Below, piece by piece: positions 61,226-64,000 of a DNA stretch of 64,000 nt; the stretch's first letter is position 1, and each line of letters begins with the position of its first letter. The notes beneath the pieces were generated by a model. It was not told the DNA's origin and did not search any database. It saw only the letters and a list, made by a program, of their open reading frames with translations. The translations under genes were made by a program, and so were the position numbers. Origin of the DNA: Octopus bimaculoides (lineage: Eukaryota); assembly GCF_001194135.2 (NCBI RefSeq), contig NC_068991.1, forward strand, positions 7,085,615 to 7,149,614, written 5' to 3'.

Positions 61226-63301
61226 CACGACAGGCTGCTTTCAGTTTCCGTCTACCAAATCCACTCACAAGGCTTTGGTCAGCCCAAGATGCCATGCAGT
61301 GGGAATGAACCTGGAACCATGTGGTTGGTAAGCTAGCTCCTTACCACAAAGCCACTCCTGCGCCTATGTACAATAAAATTAAACATTTTAATCAGTAATT
61401 CCACTGGATAATTGTCTCTTCTCTTCATAAACATTTGTTAACTTAAGAATAAGTCGAACATCCTGTTCCTTTCTAAAAACAAGTCTCTCATCTCTCTAAC
61501 CTGCTACTAACTAGTTGCATACTGCCTCTGTCTCTCCAAATTATCTGTCCCTCTTCTGTTACCCTTACTGTGCCTCACTACCCAGAGTATCAACCGTTCT
61601 CTTTCTATCAACATTTTACCTTCAGATATCGACTGATTTCAAGTCTTAGCACAAGGCCAGCAATTTCGGTGGGAGGGGATAAATCGATTACATTGACTCC
61701 AGTGTTCAACTGGTATTTATTTTGTCGACCCTGAAAGGATGAAAGGCAAAGTCCATCTTGGCGGATTTTGAACTCAGGACATAAAGTCAGATGAAATGCT
61801 GCTAAGCACTTTTCCCTGCGTAGTGTCAGCTCACCACCTTAAGTTTACTTTCAGACGTTAACTTACAAGTGTCCAATGTATATACTGCATTAATCTGACT
61901 AGTTTTGGAGGTGGTCTGCGAAGTCATGGTTACTTCCCTTTATTTCTGATTCCCACAAAGTATGAAAAGAAGATTTTATTGGTGGAAGTGGTGATGATGG
62001 TGGTTGCTAGCTTTTGTTATTGTTGCTTAGCCCTAGGTCAGCCTAGATTGAGAAAACCTATGACCTGAGGCGTTCTAACCATGACGATCCTATACTTTTA
62101 AGGGTTTCTAGGACGATATAAACTATTGTGTCCTTTGAATGATAGCATAGAAATTTTGTCATTGGCTTACATCCATAGCAACAGTACGAAGATCGAATTC
62201 CAGCAGGATTATGTTATGGGGAGGAAGGACTGGATGTAATGGTCAGTGTATGGCTGGGGTGTTAGTGGCTACAATGAGAGGAGAGATGAGTAGGATGCAA
62301 ATGCCAGCTTCAAGGAGCAGAGGCTATTATCACAACATTAGAAAAAGCAGAGAGGTGGGGACAACACACACCTATGGGCCAGAAGCTGGTGTGTGGCTGG
62401 GACTGACTTTATGCCTATCAGAATGGTGACCCTTTTCAGGATATTTGTGTGTCCCAGATGTGGAATTTGATAATCTGCCTAAGACTTCTAGATAATCTTC
62501 AAACTTATTTTTTCGGGATAAGTTTAGTAAAATGTTGCCCAATAATTCCCATTGAATAACAACATTTACCACATTTACTCATGTATGAGTTGAGCTTGTA
62601 TATAAACTGCATTCGTATACAAGTCACACCTGTGCATAGGTCACACCTCAGTCTTTTTTCACTTAAAATCAAGTTAAAAATAGGGCAACTTATACCCAAG
62701 TAAATTTGATATATGAAGGTAAAGTACTCATCTTTTTTTTTTTTGTTGTTGTATGGATAACAATTTCATTCTAATACTATATTATATATAACCTTTTCTT
62801 TAGGGCCGTGTTTGCTTACAAAGAAATTATTTGAAAATGGTGCCAAATCTGTGATAGGAATTGAAGCAAAATTAGATTTCCAACCATATTTACAAGTGAG
62901 TTATACCCCTATCGTTTTTGTAGTTATTGCTGCATATTACATTTGACCTGCTTTCAGTACCTAGATGGAACCATTTTATTTCTATTACTGAGACTTTTGA
63001 GAAAAATATATCACAACAAAGGAGTCTCTATAAATCTGTTTAAACCTGCTAGAAAAAGTAGTCAAATAGCACAGATGTCTCTTCAAACAGGAAGGACATG
63101 AAGAATATTGTCCAAAATATACAAAAAAAACCCAAAAAACCTATTGATGTATAAATCATCCAACATATATTTGAATTCTGTTCTTTATTTTAGAGTACCA
63201 AACGTTTATTCAGAAGCAAATTTAGTTTCCACCTCTGGGATCCTTATGTGAATGTTCTATTTGATTCCAAGAAAATGTCAAATTTACATACTAAGGAAAA
63301 A
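60594..63301 (+). CDS. TFB2M: Mitochondrial dimethyladenosine transferase / transcription factor B2-like (partial; 5' exon unresolved, 3' off window)
   Basis: Exons 60594-60662, 62804-62895, 63194-63301 join in phase: DKIALKIMESRKVKDNPIIEYNPGPCLLTKKLFENGAKSVIGIEAKLDFQPYLQSTKRLFRSKF... The E-x-NPGP-x-x-LT...GAK...E pattern resembles the KsgA/Dim1 SAM-binding motif of TFB2M (ECNPGPGILT) more than TFB1M (EVGPGPG). Confidence 0.72.
60790..61030 (+). mobile_element. tRNA-derived SINE family A; other copies near 41 (-), 10498 (-), 22190 (+), 22970 (-), 28510 (-), 43205 (-), 46740 (-), 49010 (+), 54170 (+), 61230 (-)
   Basis: Head GGAGTGGCTGTGTGGTAAG...GGTTCAGT, body GGGCAAGTGTCTTCT...GGATTTGGTAGAC, then microsatellite. 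Confidence 0.75.
62804..62895 (+). CDS. TFB2M: TFB2M-like exon (SAM motif I)
   Basis: (G)PCLLTKKLFENGAKSVIGIEAKLDFQPYLQ; 92 nt. Confidence 0.8.
63194..63301 (+). CDS. TFB2M: TFB2M-like exon
   Basis: STKRLFRSKFSFHLWDPYVNVLFDSKKMSNLHTKEK; 108 nt, phase 0, GTGAGT donor. Confidence 0.65.
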
Positions 63302-64000
63302 GTGAGTTTTAAAGGAATAAAGCAGAAAGCTTGGTGTGAAGGTAATGTTATTTCCTTTAATATATATTGCTTTTTAAGGTGGCGAGCTGGCAGAAATGTT
63401 AGCACGCCAGGCGAAATAGCGGTATTTCGTCTGTCTTTATGTTCTAAGTTCAAATTATGGTGAGGTCAACTTTGCATTTCATCCTTCCTGGGTCAATAAA
63501 TTAAGTACCAGTTGCATACTGGAACTAAATGTTATTAGGAATTGTATTAAAAAATTGTTGAAATATTTTATGTATTGTAGAAGTATAAACAATTTATTGC
63601 AGATAAACTTTAACAACAAAAACCTTATATGAACCCCTGAGGGTCGTATGGACCCCAGTTAAGGACCACTGGGTTAGATCCTTTTGTTATTTTATAAGTT
63701 ATAAGGTGAACTGGTAATAACAGTGCAGTGTTAAATTAGATACCTTATGTAGTTTCATTGTTTCTAAATCTGGAATTAAAATTCTGACAGTGTTGACATA
63801 AACTTTCACAACTTTCTCCTCTGTTGTCAATAAAGTATCAATAATTATAATGAGGAGGAGGATGATGCTGATTGATTAATTTATTGTGTTACTGTCATCA
63901 TTGTCTTCATCACTATCATCTTTGTTCTTATTGTCATTCATCATCATCATCATCATCATCATCGTTTAACGTCCGCTTTCCATGCTAGCATGGGTTGGAC

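Overview
Eukaryotic, AT-rich, intron-rich draft-assembly DNA with several N gaps, dense SINEs/MITEs and microsatellites. It looks like a coleoid cephalopod, probably Octopus (inference from composition, repeat content and gene structure). I reconstructed three spliced genes by hand, checking splice sites and reading phases. (1) A kinesin-3 KIF16B orthologue on the minus strand: 20 coding exons from 29981 to 538 (557 codons, motor + FHA), continuing off the left edge, with a GC-AG first intron. (2) A 14-exon, about 2123-aa minus-strand gene (53972-35375) with the architecture long Ser/Thr/Asn-rich disordered region - MBD - PHD - F-box - LRR. This is the standout: it mirrors FBXL19/KDM2 (CXXC-PHD-F-box-LRR) but has a methyl-CpG-type reader in place of CXXC. 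(3) A plus-strand TFB2M-like mitochondrial rRNA dimethylase/transcription factor (3 exons seen, 60594-63301, running off the right edge). Non-coding highlights: a minimal Penelope-type hammerhead ribozyme (27015-27060); a 153-bp TIR element with an 8-bp TSD carrying inverted telomere-like repeats (60054-60206); a Helentron-type element nested in a TTAA MITE whose empty site is also in the window; near-perfect inverted SINEs bracketing a 1238-nt exon; and a CpG-decay contrast between intronic and intergenic SINE copies. No database searches were run; family names rest on motif recognition, and repeat boundaries are approximate.
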